Positions 1 to 10,153 of a stretch of DNA of 32,000 bases are shown here, one piece after another; within the stretch, counting starts at the first letter, position 1; every line of letters begins with the position of its first letter. The notes under the pieces were generated by a model that searched no databases, was not told where the DNA came from, and saw only the letters and a program-made list of their open reading frames with translations. The stretch lies in the NCBI RefSeq assembly GCF_009557235.1, contig NZ_CP045650.1, positions 450,001 to 482,000 on the forward strand, written 5' to 3'. This stretch comes from Acinetobacter wanghuae (GTDB lineage Bacteria > Pseudomonadota > Gammaproteobacteria > Pseudomonadales > Moraxellaceae). The position numbers and the translations under genes were made by a program.

Positions 1-1572
1 AGATTTACCGCTGCCTTTGACTTGTAGCTCAACCAATGCCAAGGCTTTGGCATGTGCACCTGAACTGATGCTGCGTTCTTCATAGTTCAAGACATCAATT
101 GGCAATTGTAATGCATCTAAAATGGCTGAAATTGGACCATTGCCTTCACCATGTAGACGTTGCGTTTCTCCATTGACTTCAATATCAAGCTCAACCACTT
201 GCTTGCCATTTTCATCGGAAAGTTTATAGTTTTTGCTCGAGTAATGGGCATCTTTGATGTCCACATAGGTCTCTTTAAACAATTTCCAAATTTCAGTGGC
301 AGAAATTTCAGTACCTTGTTCATCGGTACGTTTTTGCACAATTTGTGAGAATTCAATTTGCAAACGACGTGGTAAAACGACGTTATAATTCGATTCTAAC
401 AAGTAGGCGATACCACCTTTACCTGACTGAGAATTGACACGAATGACCGCATCATAGTCACGCCCTAAATCTTTCGGGTCGATTGGTAAATATGGCATAT
501 CCCACATGTCTTGATCTTTTTGGAACTCAAAACCTTTTTTAATTGCATCTTGGTGTGAGCCTGAGAATGCCGTAAACACCAAATCACCTGCATATGGATG
601 ACGTGGATGAACAGGTAAGCCTGTGCATTCTTCAACGGTCGCAATAATCTCATTAATGTTTGAGAAATCTAAGTTTGGTGCAACACCTTGGGTATACATG
701 TTTAAGGCAATTGCAGCAACGTCGACATTACCTGTACGTTCACCGTTACCAAAGACACAGCCTTCGACGCGGTCCGCGCCTGCCATAATGGCAAGCTCAG
801 AGGCTGCAATACCGCAACCACGGTCATTATGACAATGTACTGAAATCAAGACACCATCGCGACGTGCGATATTACGGTGCATCCATTCGATCTGATCGGC
901 ATAAACATGTGGACCTGAAACTTCAACCGTTGCTGGCAAGTTCAAAATCACTTTATTGGTTGGGCTTGCTTCCCAAATTTCAGTCACCGCATCGCAGACA
1001 TCTTTTGCGACTTCTAACTCAGTTGCGGTAAAGCATTCTGGAGAATATTGGAAAATGAATTCTGTTTCAGGCTGCTTCGCTGCGTATTCTTTAACTTTAG
1101 TCGCTGCATTAATGGCGAGTTGTTTTGCACCTTCAATGTCTACATTCAATACTTTTTCGCGGAAGGTGGGCGAGTTCGAATTATAGATATGCACAATGGC
1201 ACGTTTTGCGCCTTGTAAAGATTCAAAGGTACGTTGAATTAAATGGTCACGTGCTTGCACCAAAACTTCAATATACACGTCATCTGGAATATGTTTTTCT
1301 TCGATCAATTTACGCGTAAAGTCGAAGTCAATTTGTGATGCTGATGGGAAACCAATTTCAATATGTTTGAAACCAATTTTCACCAACATTTGGAACATTT
1401 TAAATTTTTGCTCCATGTTCATTGGCTCGAAGATCGCTTGGTTACCGTCACGTAGGTCGGTACTCATCCAGATAGGCGCTTTATTAATTTCATTATTCGG
1501 CCATTGACGGTCTGGTAAGTCCACACGTTGATACATGCGACGGTATTTTTTACTTGGATCAGCCAACATCAT
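1..1572 (-). CDS. leuA: 2-isopropylmalate synthase, long (about 560 aa) form; the 3' end lies beyond the left edge of the window
   Basis: Absent from the ORF track because no stop codon lies in the window. Reading the minus strand from ATGATG (1572-1567) gives [85 protein letters not shown]...[37 protein letters not shown]...[16 protein letters not shown]. It stays open for 524 codons down to base 1. The sequence is colinear with the Pseudomonas/actinobacterial LeuA form as I remember it. AAGGAG lies 7 nt upstream (1580-1585). Confidence 0.9.
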   Translation of the reverse strand, partial: MMLADPSKKYRRMYQRVDLPDRQWPNNEINKAPIWMSTDLRDGNQAIFEPMNMEQKFKMFQMLVKIGFKHIEIGFPSASQIDFDFTRKLIEEKHIPDDVYIEVLVQARDHLIQRTFESLQGAKRAIVHIYNSNSPTFREKVLNVDIEGAKQLAINAATKVKEYAAKQPETEFIFQYSPECFTATELEVAKDVCDAVTEIWEASPTNKVILNLPATVEVSGPHVYADQIEWMHRNIARRDGVLISVHCHNDRGCGIAASELAIMAGADRVEGCVFGNGERTGNVDVAAIALNMYTQGVAPNLDFSNINEIIATVEECTGLPVHPRHPYAGDLVFTAFSGSHQDAIKKGFEFQKDQDMWDMPYLPIDPKDLGRDYDAVIRVNSQSGKGGIAYLLESNYNVVLPRRLQIEFSQIVQKRTDEQGTEISATEIWKLFKETYVDIKDAHYSSKNYKLSDENGKQVVELDIEVNGETQRLHGEGNGPISAILDALQLPIDVLNYEERSISSGAHAKALALVELQVKGSGKS

Positions 1573-1959
1573 GAGAGAGCTCCTTGTGTAACCAGACTGA
1601 CCGTGGTCTTGGATGAAGCGGTCACTGGGCTACAAATAGATTTTGTCTATAATCGTTTTCATATAGCGCATTATTGATATTAGATCATCTAAAATATTTT
1701 GAAATATTGGGACTTTAGATATACCAGTTACACTATATGCTTAACCTATAACCTAAAGTTTAATCCAGATAAACCGAAAAGTTTTTGCTTTTTCTATGGA
1801 TTTTAGTCGTATGTTAATAAAGATTTTCTTATAAAGTGAACATCACGATAAAAATTTTCATAAAATTTATATTTGTGAAATGAAGTTCCCTTTGAATTTT
1901 AATAAACACTTATTTTTTTCAATACCTATCATTTTATTTTAGTACTAAATGGCTTTGAA

Positions 1960-1998
1960 ATGCCTGAATTCATCTTAAATAACCATAAATTCAGGCAT
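1960..1998 (-). terminator. Inverted repeat just downstream of the piuC-like gene; weak candidate terminator
   Basis: ATGCCTGAATT (1960-1970) pairs with AATTCAGGCAT (1988-1998): an 11-bp stem with a 17-nt loop. On the minus strand only a short, interrupted T-run follows. Confidence 0.35.
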
Positions 1999-2006
1999 GA
2001 TTGCTC

Positions 2007-2690
2007 TTAAATTTCAGCCCACTTTCGCATGAGGTTGTGATAAAGATTGGTCAGTTTGACGACTTCTGCATGCTGATCGCCTAATTGCATACGTAAGTTT
2101 TGAATAGTTTGATCCAAATTAAACAGCATATGACGTTCGGCATCATCACGCACCATACTTTGTACCCAAAAGAATGAAGCCGTACGACAACCTGAGGTAA
2201 TGGGTGTCACTTCATGCAAACTGGTGGATGGATACAAAATCATATCACCCGCAGGCAATTTGACTTCGTGATAGCCATAGGTATCTTCAACAACGAGTTC
2301 ACCGCCTTCATATTCGTCAGGTTCACTCAAAAAAACAGTGCAGGATAAATCGGTTCTTAAACGTTCGTTAGTGCCACGAATGCGGCGAATTGAATTATCG
2401 ACATGAAAACCAAAGGCTTCATTATTTTCGTAACGATTAAACAAAGGTGGAATGATATCGAGGGGAATGGCAGCAGATAAAAATAAAGGGTGCTGACCGA
2501 GTGATTCTAAAATAATGGTACTTAAATGATGAGTGAGGGGATGATCTTCAGGCAGTTGTTGGTTCTGTTTAACTGTTGCTGAAAGTGTGCCCGCAGTCAC
2601 CTTGCCATTGACCCATTCAACTTCATCCATCTTTTGACGAAAATAGTGTACTTGTTCTTTGCTTAAGACATTTGGAATGTGATGAATCAC
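2007..2690 (-). CDS. piuC: Fe(II)/2-oxoglutarate-dependent oxygenase, PKHD-type hydroxylase (PiuC/YbiX family)
   Basis: 227-aa ORF. It has a 2-His-1-carboxylate pattern (FGFHVDN ... STSLHEV) and a size typical of E. coli YbiX and P. aeruginosa PiuC. It sits directly downstream of a Fiu-like TonB receptor, the same arrangement as fiu-ybiX. Confidence 0.85.
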   Translation of the reverse strand: MIHHIPNVLSKEQVHYFRQKMDEVEWVNGKVTAGTLSATVKQNQQLPEDHPLTHHLSTIILESLGQHPLFLSAAIPLDIIPPLFNRYENNEAFGFHVDNSIRRIRGTNERLRTDLSCTVFLSEPDEYEGGELVVEDTYGYHEVKLPAGDMILYPSTSLHEVTPITSGCRTASFFWVQSMVRDDAERHMLFNLDQTIQNLRMQLGDQHAEVVKLTNLYHNLMRKWAEI

Positions 2691-2736
2691 AGCAATACCT
2701 ATTGAGTGTAGTTTGTTTCTATATTTTAAGCTTATA

Positions 2737-2766
2737 TAAAAATAGCCCCTAGATAGAGGCTATTTT
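2737..2766 (-). terminator. Hairpin between the receptor gene and piuC; possible terminator or attenuator
   Basis: AATAGCC (2741-2747) pairs with GGCTATT (2758-2764). The hairpin is flanked by an A-run on the plus strand (a T-run on the minus strand) and by TTTT on the other side. Confidence 0.5.
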
Positions 2767-2809
2767 AGTTTAAATGCCATCATTGAAATATGACATTTAA
2801 CTTTTAAAC

Positions 2810-5098
2810 TTAGTATTTAAAGTTTACAGATAATACTGCATTGCGACCTTCAGCTTCCGTTGCATAGTGAGATGAGTAAGCTTTAGTGAAGTAACGCTCG
2901 TCCGATAAGTTATTTACATTCAGTTGTAAATCAACATTTTTGTTTACTTTGTAACGTGCCATTGCATCGTAGCGTACATAACCTGAAACATATTTAGTAT
3001 TGGCAAGGTCACCATAGACTTTGTCAGTCGCAATAGCACCGGCACCTAATGTTAAAGCTGGTGTGAATGCATAAGTCGTCCAAAGTGTTGCACTTTGTTT
3101 TGGTACATTTGGCATTTGATTGCCATTGTATGGACTATCTTCATTTGTACATACAGTTGGTCGACCACTACATTTTTTACCATTATCAACAGCTTCACTG
3201 TCTAAATAAGTATATCCGGCAGCAATTCCCCATTTTTCTGTGAGATTACCATTTAAACCAAGCTCGAAGCCATCGACTTTACTTTCACCTACATTGGCAT
3301 AGGTGTTTGTGGTTAATTGTACACGGGCATTTTGTTTTTCAGTACGGAATACAGCAGCGGTCAGACTTAAGCTATCTTGGAGTAAATCCCATTTTGTACC
3401 AATTTCAAATGTACGACTTTCTTCAGGATCAAGATTACTATAGTTTTCCGCAACGCCTTCAGAACCATCACCTGCATCTACACCGACTGGGTTGGCAGAG
3501 GTCGCAAAGCTGGTATAAATCGCACTACTTTCTGTCGGCTTAAAAGTTAAACCTGCTTGATAAGAGAAGAAGTCAGTATCTGAGCTAATTTTCGTACCGG
3601 CAGCAATCATGCTGCTACCTGAACCTGAGTTTTTGTTATAAACCTGTTCTGTATCAAACTTATCCCAACGAGTGCCAAGATCTAACAACCACTGAGGATT
3701 AATCTCAATATTATCTAAGAAATATACAGAGGTATTTTCAGTTGTGGTGGTCGTAATAGCACGATTTGCTGAAATAGAACCTAACCAAGGATCATTCGAA
3801 CTCGGATTATAGGCATCAGTACACCAGAAATTAGAAGCTGAACCAACAAGACCAGAACAACCATTATTAGCATTTAAATTGGGTGTGCCGTTAGGAAGTG
3901 TAGTTGTAGTTACACCTAAGTCAGTGAGGTTATAGCTGCCTTTATCAGACTCTTGACGTGAGTATTCAACGCCCGTATTGAAACTGTGATTCAACGCACC
4001 TGTATTAAATTTACCTGACAAAGAAAGTTGATCTGTGAAGACTTCAGTATCGGTAATGCGTGTATTGGCACGTCTTGCAATACTGCCATTTTCAATATTT
4101 CCTTTGGAGTCATCAGGTTGAGTCCAAATATAATCATTTTTAGATTTAGAATATTGAGCAACATTGCTTAAAGTTAAATCGTCGCTTAAATCATGCTCTA
4201 ATTTGATTGTGCCAATTTGATTTTCTTGTTTTTGGAAATCACGCTCTTTCCAACCGTAGTAGATACCTTGTTTTACATCTAAAGGTTTACCTTCAGCTTT
4301 TGTACCATTCCAGTAAGGAACGCCTGAATCAGGAATATCATCAGATTTTAAGTAGTAATAACCTAAAGTCGCGCGCGTCGGAGTGTCTAAACCGAAAGTA
4401 ATACTTGGTGCAATACCCGCACGTTTATATTCAGCACCATCTTTTTGTCCAGCTTTTTCATTGGTGTGGCCCATGACTGCAACACGTGCTGCAATACCAT
4501 TTCCAAAGTCTTTATTGGCATCCAAAGTGACACGTGCATAAGCATCTGTACCACCCGCAACAGAACCTTCTAAAGCATCGCCTGCTTTAGCGACTTTAGA
4601 CACCATATTGATGCTACCGCCAGTAGTACCCGCACCACCCATCGCAGATGCAGAACCTTTGGTGACTTCAACTTGTTCAATGGCAAACATTTCACGGTTT
4701 TGTGAAGTTGCGCTACGAACGCCGTCTACATACATTGAGCTTTCAGAGTTATAACCACGAATAAATGGACGGTCACCATTTGGATTACCGCCTTCACCCG
4801 CACCTAAAGTAATCCCAGGTACAGTACGTAAAGCATCAGCTAATGTTGTAACTTGCGTATCTTCAATGAGTTGTTTTGAAATAACCGACACTGATTTTGG
4901 TGTATCAAGCAGGGGAGCAACAAATTTTTTATTGGCAGATTGATCTACTTTAAGACTTTGTTGTTCAGCTGCAACATCTAAATGAATGGTATCTAGTTTC
5001 ACAACATTTTCTTCAGCCATAGCATTTGCAGCCATGATTGAGAGGGAAGACGCGATTGCCGATGAAACGATCTTTTTACGTGTTTTAATGAAGGTCAT
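2810..5098 (-). CDS. fiu: TonB-dependent catecholate siderophore receptor (Fiu/PiuA family)
   Basis: 762-aa ORF with a signal peptide (MTFIKTRKKIVSSAIASSLSIMAANAMA) and a TonB-box-like DTIHLDV. It has a plug domain (PGITLGAGEGGNPNGDRPFIRGY) and a long beta-barrel ending in an aromatic residue (...SVNFKY). Its size and its downstream YbiX/PiuC partner match Fiu/PiuA. Confidence 0.9.
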   Translation of the reverse strand: MTFIKTRKKIVSSAIASSLSIMAANAMAEENVVKLDTIHLDVAAEQQSLKVDQSANKKFVAPLLDTPKSVSVISKQLIEDTQVTTLADALRTVPGITLGAGEGGNPNGDRPFIRGYNSESSMYVDGVRSATSQNREMFAIEQVEVTKGSASAMGGAGTTGGSINMVSKVAKAGDALEGSVAGGTDAYARVTLDANKDFGNGIAARVAVMGHTNEKAGQKDGAEYKRAGIAPSITFGLDTPTRATLGYYYLKSDDIPDSGVPYWNGTKAEGKPLDVKQGIYYGWKERDFQKQENQIGTIKLEHDLSDDLTLSNVAQYSKSKNDYIWTQPDDSKGNIENGSIARRANTRITDTEVFTDQLSLSGKFNTGALNHSFNTGVEYSRQESDKGSYNLTDLGVTTTTLPNGTPNLNANNGCSGLVGSASNFWCTDAYNPSSNDPWLGSISANRAITTTTTENTSVYFLDNIEINPQWLLDLGTRWDKFDTEQVYNKNSGSGSSMIAAGTKISSDTDFFSYQAGLTFKPTESSAIYTSFATSANPVGVDAGDGSEGVAENYSNLDPEESRTFEIGTKWDLLQDSLSLTAAVFRTEKQNARVQLTTNTYANVGESKVDGFELGLNGNLTEKWGIAAGYTYLDSEAVDNGKKCSGRPTVCTNEDSPYNGNQMPNVPKQSATLWTTYAFTPALTLGAGAIATDKVYGDLANTKYVSGYVRYDAMARYKVNKNVDLQLNVNNLSDERYFTKAYSSHYATEAEGRNAVLSVNFKY

Positions 5099-5132
5099 AA
5101 AAAACCTAGAAAGAAGGGTGACAAAATAGTAT

Positions 5133-5188
5133 GAGAATAATAATGATTCCTATTTAAATATTCTTGTTGATATGATTGGTTTTGTGAA
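5133..5188 (-). promoter_or_regulatory. Candidate sigma70 promoter plus Fur box for the receptor gene
   Basis: On the minus strand, TTCACA (5188-5183), a 17-nt spacer and AAGAAT (5165-5160). Immediately downstream, GAGAATAATAATGATTCCT (5133-5151 on the plus strand) matches the Fur consensus GATAATGATAATCATTATC at 13 of 19 positions by my hand alignment. It lies 35-55 bp upstream of the start codon. Confidence 0.45.
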
Positions 5189-5650
5189 TGAACTTTAAAT
5201 TTGTAAGTGTATGACTAGATATTGGAGTGGCTTATTTTGAATTATCATTCTGTTTTTTATTTATATTTTTAAAAAAATTAAATAGTGTGATTTTTATTGG
5301 GAATAGCGATGCCAGTCTTTGGCTTAAGGTTTCATGAATCGAAGGCTCAGTTTTAAAGCATTTTCTTCCACATTTATAAGCAAAACTGAAGTGAGGTCTT
5401 GAAAGATAGGGTGCTTATGTCTTTTGGAGTTATCCGTTCTAAATAAGAAAGAGATTACGCATCAAATATAACCCTATAAAAATGATTTGAAGACAAAGAT
5501 CAAAAAGAAGTTGGGAAATGAAAAGTTGTACTTCATCCTTTCAAAAACTCAAACCCACGTAAATAAAACAATGAAATGTTGTGCAAGGTGTACAGAAACA
5601 CACTTTTTAGCAGTAATTCCCATTTAAAAACACGATGTGGCGTGTATTTT

Positions 5651-5679
5651 TTGTATATCCTGAAATGTTGTCATATAAT
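5651..5679 (+). promoter_or_regulatory. Candidate sigma70 promoter of tig
   Basis: TTGTAT (5651-5656), a 17-bp spacer and a perfect TATAAT (5674-5679), about 50 bp upstream of the tig ATG. Confidence 0.45.
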
Positions 5680-5726
5680 GTGGCAAATTTTATAAACCTG
5701 TTATTACCTAATATATTGAGGAAGCC

Positions 5727-7058
5727 ATGCAAGTAACTTCTGAAGCAGTTTCTGGCGTAGTCCGTCGTCTAACTGTATCTGTACCAACGAGCCGTATTAA
5801 CGAACAGTTTGAAGCTCGTTTGAAGCGCACTGCTAAAACTGTGAAAATCAACGGCTTCCGCGCAGGTAAAGTACCTGTAAACGTTGTTCGTCGTGAATAC
5901 GGTGCGGGTATTTACCAAGAAGTTGTGAACGATACTATTCGTGACACAGTGTTCGAAGCAATCCAACAAGAAAAAATCAATGCTGTTGGTATGCCAAACA
6001 TCGAAAAAACTGAAATGAAAGAAGACGCTTTAGTTTTCGAAGCGACTGTTGAAGTTTACCCAGAAGTTGACGTTAAGTTCGAAGGTTTAGAAGTTGAACG
6101 TAATGCTGCTGACGTAAACGACAAAGACGTTGAGAAGATGATTGAAAATCTTCAAAAACAACGTGCTGGTTGGACTGAAACTAAAGGCATGGCGAAAAAA
6201 GACATGCAAGTGACTTTCGACTTCGAAGGTACTGTTGATGGCGAGAAATTTGAAGGCGGCGCTGCTGAAGACTTCAAACTTGTACTCGGTTCTGGTCGTA
6301 TGATCCCTGGCTTCGAAGACGGCATCGTTGGTATGAAGAAAGGCGAAGAGAAAGTAATCGATGTTACTTTCCCTGAAGACTACCAAGCTGAAAACCTTGC
6401 TGGTAAAGCTGCTCAATTTAAAATTACTGTGAAACTTGTTGAAAAACAAAAACTTCCAGAAATTGATGCTGAATTCCTTAAAATCTTCGGTGTAACTGAA
6501 GAAGAAGGCGTTGAAAAACTTAAAGCTGACGTTCGTAAAAATATGGAACGTGAAGTGAAAAACGGTCTTCGTAACCAAGTAAAAGGTGCAACTTTTGATG
6601 CGCTTGTTGCTGCAAACGAAGTTGAACTTCCTGAAGCAATGCTTGCTCAAGAAATTGACCGTCAACGTCAACAAATGATCCAACAGTTCACTCAACAGTT
6701 TGGTGCGCAAGGCGCGAAAGCATTCGATTCAAGCATGCTTCCTGATGACTTGTTCAAAGAACAAGCAGAAAAATCAGTGAAACTTGGCGTACTTGTAAGC
6801 CGTATTCTTGCTGAAGCGAAAATTGAAGTTGATGCTGCACGTGTAGAAGCGTACATCGAAGACATGGCTTCTTCTTACGAAGATCCAAACGAAGTGATCG
6901 AATACTTCAAAAACGATGAAAAACAACGTCAACAAATTGAAGCTGTTGTACTTGAAGACCAAGTTGTAGATTACATCTTAGCTGCTGCTAAAGTAACTGA
7001 AACTAAAGTAAGCTATGAAGACTTATTGAAAACGCAACAAGCGCGTCAACAAGGCTAA
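5727..7058 (+). CDS. tig: Trigger factor (ribosome-associated chaperone / PPIase)
   Basis: 443-aa ORF with a GAGGAA SD and an FKBP-like core ([20 protein letters not shown]). Codon bias is strong, as expected for a highly expressed gene. It is followed by clpP-clpX, as in most gammaproteobacteria. Confidence 0.97.
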   Translation: MQVTSEAVSGVVRRLTVSVPTSRINEQFEARLKRTAKTVKINGFRAGKVPVNVVRREYGAGIYQEVVNDTIRDTVFEAIQQEKINAVGMPNIEKTEMKEDALVFEATVEVYPEVDVKFEGLEVERNAADVNDKDVEKMIENLQKQRAGWTETKGMAKKDMQVTFDFEGTVDGEKFEGGAAEDFKLVLGSGRMIPGFEDGIVGMKKGEEKVIDVTFPEDYQAENLAGKAAQFKITVKLVEKQKLPEIDAEFLKIFGVTEEEGVEKLKADVRKNMEREVKNGLRNQVKGATFDALVAANEVELPEAMLAQEIDRQRQQMIQQFTQQFGAQGAKAFDSSMLPDDLFKEQAEKSVKLGVLVSRILAEAKIEVDAARVEAYIEDMASSYEDPNEVIEYFKNDEKQRQQIEAVVLEDQVVDYILAAAKVTETKVSYEDLLKTQQARQQG

Positions 7059-7073
7059 GCTTCACAGCTCATG

Positions 7074-7102
7074 AAAAAAGGCGCGCTAAGCGCCTTTTTT
7101 TT
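7074..7102 (+). terminator. Rho-independent terminator of tig
   Basis: AAAAAAGGCGCGCTAAGCGCCTTTTTTTT: a GC-rich stem GGCGC/GCGCC followed by T8. Confidence 0.85.
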
Positions 7103-7178
7103 CTCTATAAGATTCTAATCCATTGCAGATTTTCACAAATCTTATGCAAAAAAAAGCATGGAAAGGCAGGCGAATATT

Positions 7179-7206
7179 TTGCAATTTAAGCAATTATCCC
7201 TCATAT
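7179..7206 (+). promoter_or_regulatory. Possible sigma32 (heat shock)-type promoter of clpP
   Basis: TTGCAA (7179-7184), 13 nt, then CCCTCATAT (7198-7206). This resembles the sigma32 consensus CTTGAAA-N13/14-CCCCATNT. It is a pattern match by eye only. Confidence 0.3.
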
Positions 7207-7252
7207 TGTGATTATGGGTTAAGTCACAAAAAATTTAGGAATAAATAAACGT

Positions 7253-7858
7253 ATGTATGTTCCAACAATTGAAAACGCTTTAGTTCCAATGGTGGTTGAA
7301 CAATCATCTCGTGGTGAACGTTCTTTTGATATTTACTCACGTCTTTTACGTGAACGTGTCATTTTTATGACGGGTGAAGTTGAAGACAACATGGCGAACT
7401 TAATTGTCGCGCAAATGTTGTTCTTAGAAGCTGAAAATCCAGATAAAGATATTCACCTTTATATTAACTCACCCGGTGGTTCTGTAACTGCAGGTATGGC
7501 CATTTACGATACCATGCAATTTATTAAACCTGATGTTGTGACGTATTGTATGGGTCAAGCAGCATCAATGGGTGCATTTTTGCTCAATGCGGGCGCTAAA
7601 GGCAAACGCTATTGTTTGGAAAATGCCCGTGTCATGATTCACCAACCGCTTGGTGGTTTCCGTGGTCAGGCATCTGACATTGAAATTCATGCACGTGAAA
7701 TTTTATTTATTAAAGAACGTTTAAATCGTTTGATGGCTGAACATAGTGGTCAAGATTACGAACGTCTTGCACGCGATACAGATCGTGATAACTTCATGAC
7801 TGCTCAGCAAGCAAAAGAATACGGTCTAGTGGACGAAGTTTTATCTAAACGTCCATAA
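7253..7858 (+). CDS. clpP: ATP-dependent Clp protease proteolytic subunit
   Basis: 201-aa ORF containing [23 protein letters not shown], a catalytic Ser context ([11 protein letters not shown]) and a His context (MIHQP). Confidence 0.97.
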   Translation: MYVPTIENALVPMVVEQSSRGERSFDIYSRLLRERVIFMTGEVEDNMANLIVAQMLFLEAENPDKDIHLYINSPGGSVTAGMAIYDTMQFIKPDVVTYCMGQAASMGAFLLNAGAKGKRYCLENARVMIHQPLGGFRGQASDIEIHAREILFIKERLNRLMAEHSGQDYERLARDTDRDNFMTAQQAKEYGLVDEVLSKRP

Positions 7859-7886
7859 GTTTTAAGATTGTAATATTGGAGTGACT

Positions 7887-9197
7887 ATGTCCGAACATCC
7901 TCAAGGACAAAAGCATTGTTCATTCTGTGGTAAAACACAGTCTGAAGTTGGCAAGCTGATTGCTGGCGAAGACGCATACATTTGTAATGAATGTGTCGAT
8001 GTATGCTTAGATTTGGTTCAAACCAGTCAACAAGTTGAAACCAATGACTGGGCGAATCGTCCTTTGCCGAAACCGCATGAAATTCGTGCGGCGTTGGATC
8101 AATATGTCATTGGTCAAGATGTCGCGAAGAAGACCTTATCGGTTGCAGTTTATAACCATTACAAGCGCTTAAAAGTGCAAACCAATGGTAAAAAAGCCGA
8201 AGATGGCATCGAGATTTCTAAAAGTAATATCATGCTTGTGGGTCCGACAGGTTCAGGTAAAACTTTACTTGCGCAAACTCTTGCACGTCTTTTAGATGTG
8301 CCATTTGCGATGGCAGATGCAACGACCTTAACTGAAGCAGGTTATGTCGGTGAAGACGTTGAAAACATTGTACAAAAGCTACTACAAAAAGCCGATTACG
8401 ATGTTGAAAAAGCGCAAAAAGGGATTATCTATATCGATGAAATCGACAAGATCACCCGTAAGTCTGAAAACCCATCGATTACACGTGATGTGTCAGGTGA
8501 AGGCGTTCAGCAAGCGCTGTTAAAAATGATCGAAGGTACGGTTGCATCTATTCCACCGCAAGGTGGTCGTAAGCACCCGCAGCAAGAATTCATTCAAATT
8601 GATACTTCAAATATCCTGTTTATTTGTGGTGGTGCATTCTCAGGTCTTGAGAAAATTGTGCAACAACGTCAGGAAAAAGGTGGCATCGGCTTTACCGCAG
8701 AAGTGCGTAAAAAAGATGAAACCAAAAAGCTGTCTGACTTGTTCCGTCAAGTTGAAGCAACAGACCTTGTGAAATTTGGTTTAATTCCAGAATTCATTGG
8801 TCGTTTGCCGGTGATTGCAACCTTAGATGAACTTGATGAAGATGCATTGATGCAGATTCTGACTGAACCGAAAAATGCGCTTACACGTCAGTATCAACAT
8901 TTGTTTGATATGGAAGATGTGGATTTGGTGTTTGAAAAGTCTGCTTTACGTGCAGTCGCTCAAAAAGCAGTTGAACGCAATACCGGTGCACGTGGTCTAC
9001 GTTCAATTCTTGAAAACTCTTTACTTGAAACGATGTACGACCTTCCAAGTCGTTCGGATGTTGGTACAGTCGTGGTCAATGAAGCTGTGATCAAGGGTGA
9101 AGCAACACCTACATTTTTATCTGAACGTCAGGTGAAAGCTGAAAAAGAAGCTGTATCAAAAGTCGATTTAAAAGTGGTGAATAGCAAGTCTGCTTAA
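7887..9197 (+). CDS. clpX: ATP-dependent Clp protease ATP-binding subunit ClpX
   Basis: Zinc ribbon (CSFCGK...CNEC), Walker A (GPTGSGKT) and Walker B (IIYIDEIDK). I place the start at ATG 7887, with TGGAG 5 nt upstream. The ORF track starts at GTG 7881. Confidence 0.96.
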   Translation: MSEHPQGQKHCSFCGKTQSEVGKLIAGEDAYICNECVDVCLDLVQTSQQVETNDWANRPLPKPHEIRAALDQYVIGQDVAKKTLSVAVYNHYKRLKVQTNGKKAEDGIEISKSNIMLVGPTGSGKTLLAQTLARLLDVPFAMADATTLTEAGYVGEDVENIVQKLLQKADYDVEKAQKGIIYIDEIDKITRKSENPSITRDVSGEGVQQALLKMIEGTVASIPPQGGRKHPQQEFIQIDTSNILFICGGAFSGLEKIVQQRQEKGGIGFTAEVRKKDETKKLSDLFRQVEATDLVKFGLIPEFIGRLPVIATLDELDEDALMQILTEPKNALTRQYQHLFDMEDVDLVFEKSALRAVAQKAVERNTGARGLRSILENSLLETMYDLPSRSDVGTVVVNEAVIKGEATPTFLSERQVKAEKEAVSKVDLKVVNSKSA

Positions 9198-9211
9198 TCG
9201 CTATTCGTCTG

Positions 9212-9249
9212 AAACGTGCGGAAATGAACTGTTTCCGCACGTTTTTTTA
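9212..9249 (+). terminator. Rho-independent terminator of clpX
   Basis: AAACGTGCGGAAA (9212-9224) pairs with TTTCCGCACGTTT (9232-9244): a 13-bp stem followed by a T-run. Confidence 0.88.
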
Positions 9250-9365
9250 TTTCCAAAAATAAGTGTCAGTGTTAATCTCATCATTATGGCGTGGATGCCT
9301 AGACGTAAAAATATAAAATCGAAAACTAAGTGCATACAAGAATAAAGACGCAGTGAGGGAAAGAC

Positions 9366-10082
9366 ATGCGTGTAGTCGCAATGGTACTCATCAGTAGTTT
9401 GGCTTTGCTAGGCTGTCATGGTAAAAAGACCGTGATTCAACAACCTGAATTAGCCAGTACATTAAAGGCAATTGATCTAGACAAAAAACCGGGCTTTGCT
9501 GAGCAACATAAAATTGGTATGTTCACTATTGGCAGCTGGGTGAATCAAAAGCAAGGTCAACGCTTCCAAGTGGTCAAACCTCAGCATGATCAAGCTGCAA
9601 TCGTCTATTTATATCGCCCAGATTCAAAATGGAATCGCCAAGAAATTGTGGCAGCAAGCATTTTTATTAATCAGCATCGTATTCCAAGTTTATTGAATAA
9701 TCATCATTATTGGATTGAAGTTCCTGCGGGAAGCTATCGTTTAAGTACCAGTCGACCACTTGGCGCACAGCATTTCCAAAAACCAAAATATGTTGATTTT
9801 AGTGTGCAAGCGGGTGAGTCGTATTTTATTAAATATGATGAAGAAAATATTGGTACACGTCATACCACCTCAGGTCCTTGGCAGATCATGCCAAAAGAGG
9901 TGGGCGTAAATGAAATTGCCTTTACGGAACAGAAATCAGATAGCTATAATTTTGTCGCAGAAGATCAAAATACTGGCAAAATTCGTAAGAAAGCACAGAA
10001 ATTGCATGAGCCTGATTATGATCCAAAACAAGACGTACAATTGACCACACCATTTAAATTGTGGGATCCGCGTACGTGGTAA
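9366..10082 (+). CDS. Lipoprotein of unknown function (DUF2846-like)
   Basis: 238-aa ORF with a GAGGGA SD and a signal peptide with lipobox LLGC (MRVVAMVLISSLALLGC). The segment AAIVYLYRP...IFINQHRIPSLLNNHHYWIEVPAGSYRL...VQAGESYFIKY resembles the DUF2846 pattern as I remember it. No HMM was run. Confidence 0.65.
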   Translation: MRVVAMVLISSLALLGCHGKKTVIQQPELASTLKAIDLDKKPGFAEQHKIGMFTIGSWVNQKQGQRFQVVKPQHDQAAIVYLYRPDSKWNRQEIVAASIFINQHRIPSLLNNHHYWIEVPAGSYRLSTSRPLGAQHFQKPKYVDFSVQAGESYFIKYDEENIGTRHTTSGPWQIMPKEVGVNEIAFTEQKSDSYNFVAEDQNTGKIRKKAQKLHEPDYDPKQDVQLTTPFKLWDPRTW

Positions 10083-10104
10083 TTTTAGATTTTTAAAGAG
10101 CTAA

Positions 10105-10135
10105 TAAAAAAGCACCCATTTAGGGTGCTTTTTTA
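10105..10135. terminator. Bidirectional terminator between convergent genes
   Basis: AAAAAAGCACCCATTTAGGGTGCTTTTTT: stem AGCACCC/GGGTGCT flanked by an A-run and a T-run. Confidence 0.85.
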
Positions 10136-10153
10136 TTAAGCCAGATACAACAC

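Noticed and set aside
1573-2006. Searched the 430-bp leuA upstream region for a Leu-rich leader peptide or attenuator
   Set aside because: Only trivial micro-ORFs are present (for example MRYMKTIIDKIYL), with no leucine run. There are no alternative terminator/antiterminator hairpins. The only clear structure is the inverted repeat at 1960-1998 downstream of piuC.
5234-5254. Second Fur-like sequence (TTTTGAATTATCATTCTGT)
   Set aside because: It matches the 19-bp Fur consensus at only about 10 positions by hand alignment. It also lies about 140 bp upstream of the receptor start, beyond the predicted promoter.
5668-5680. TTGTCATATAA at the tig -10, identical to the first Pho box repeat unit at 11943-11953
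   Set aside because: It is a single half-site with no partner 11 bp away. The match is largely forced by the embedded TATAAT hexamer, so it is probably coincidence.
5769-6962. Long antisense ORFs inside tig (5769-5969, 6087-6710, 6774-6962)
   Set aside because: The Lys/Glu/Val-rich, GAA/AAA-biased tig frame gives a stop-poor Phe/Leu/Asn-rich antisense strand. These ORFs have no RBS and low-complexity products.
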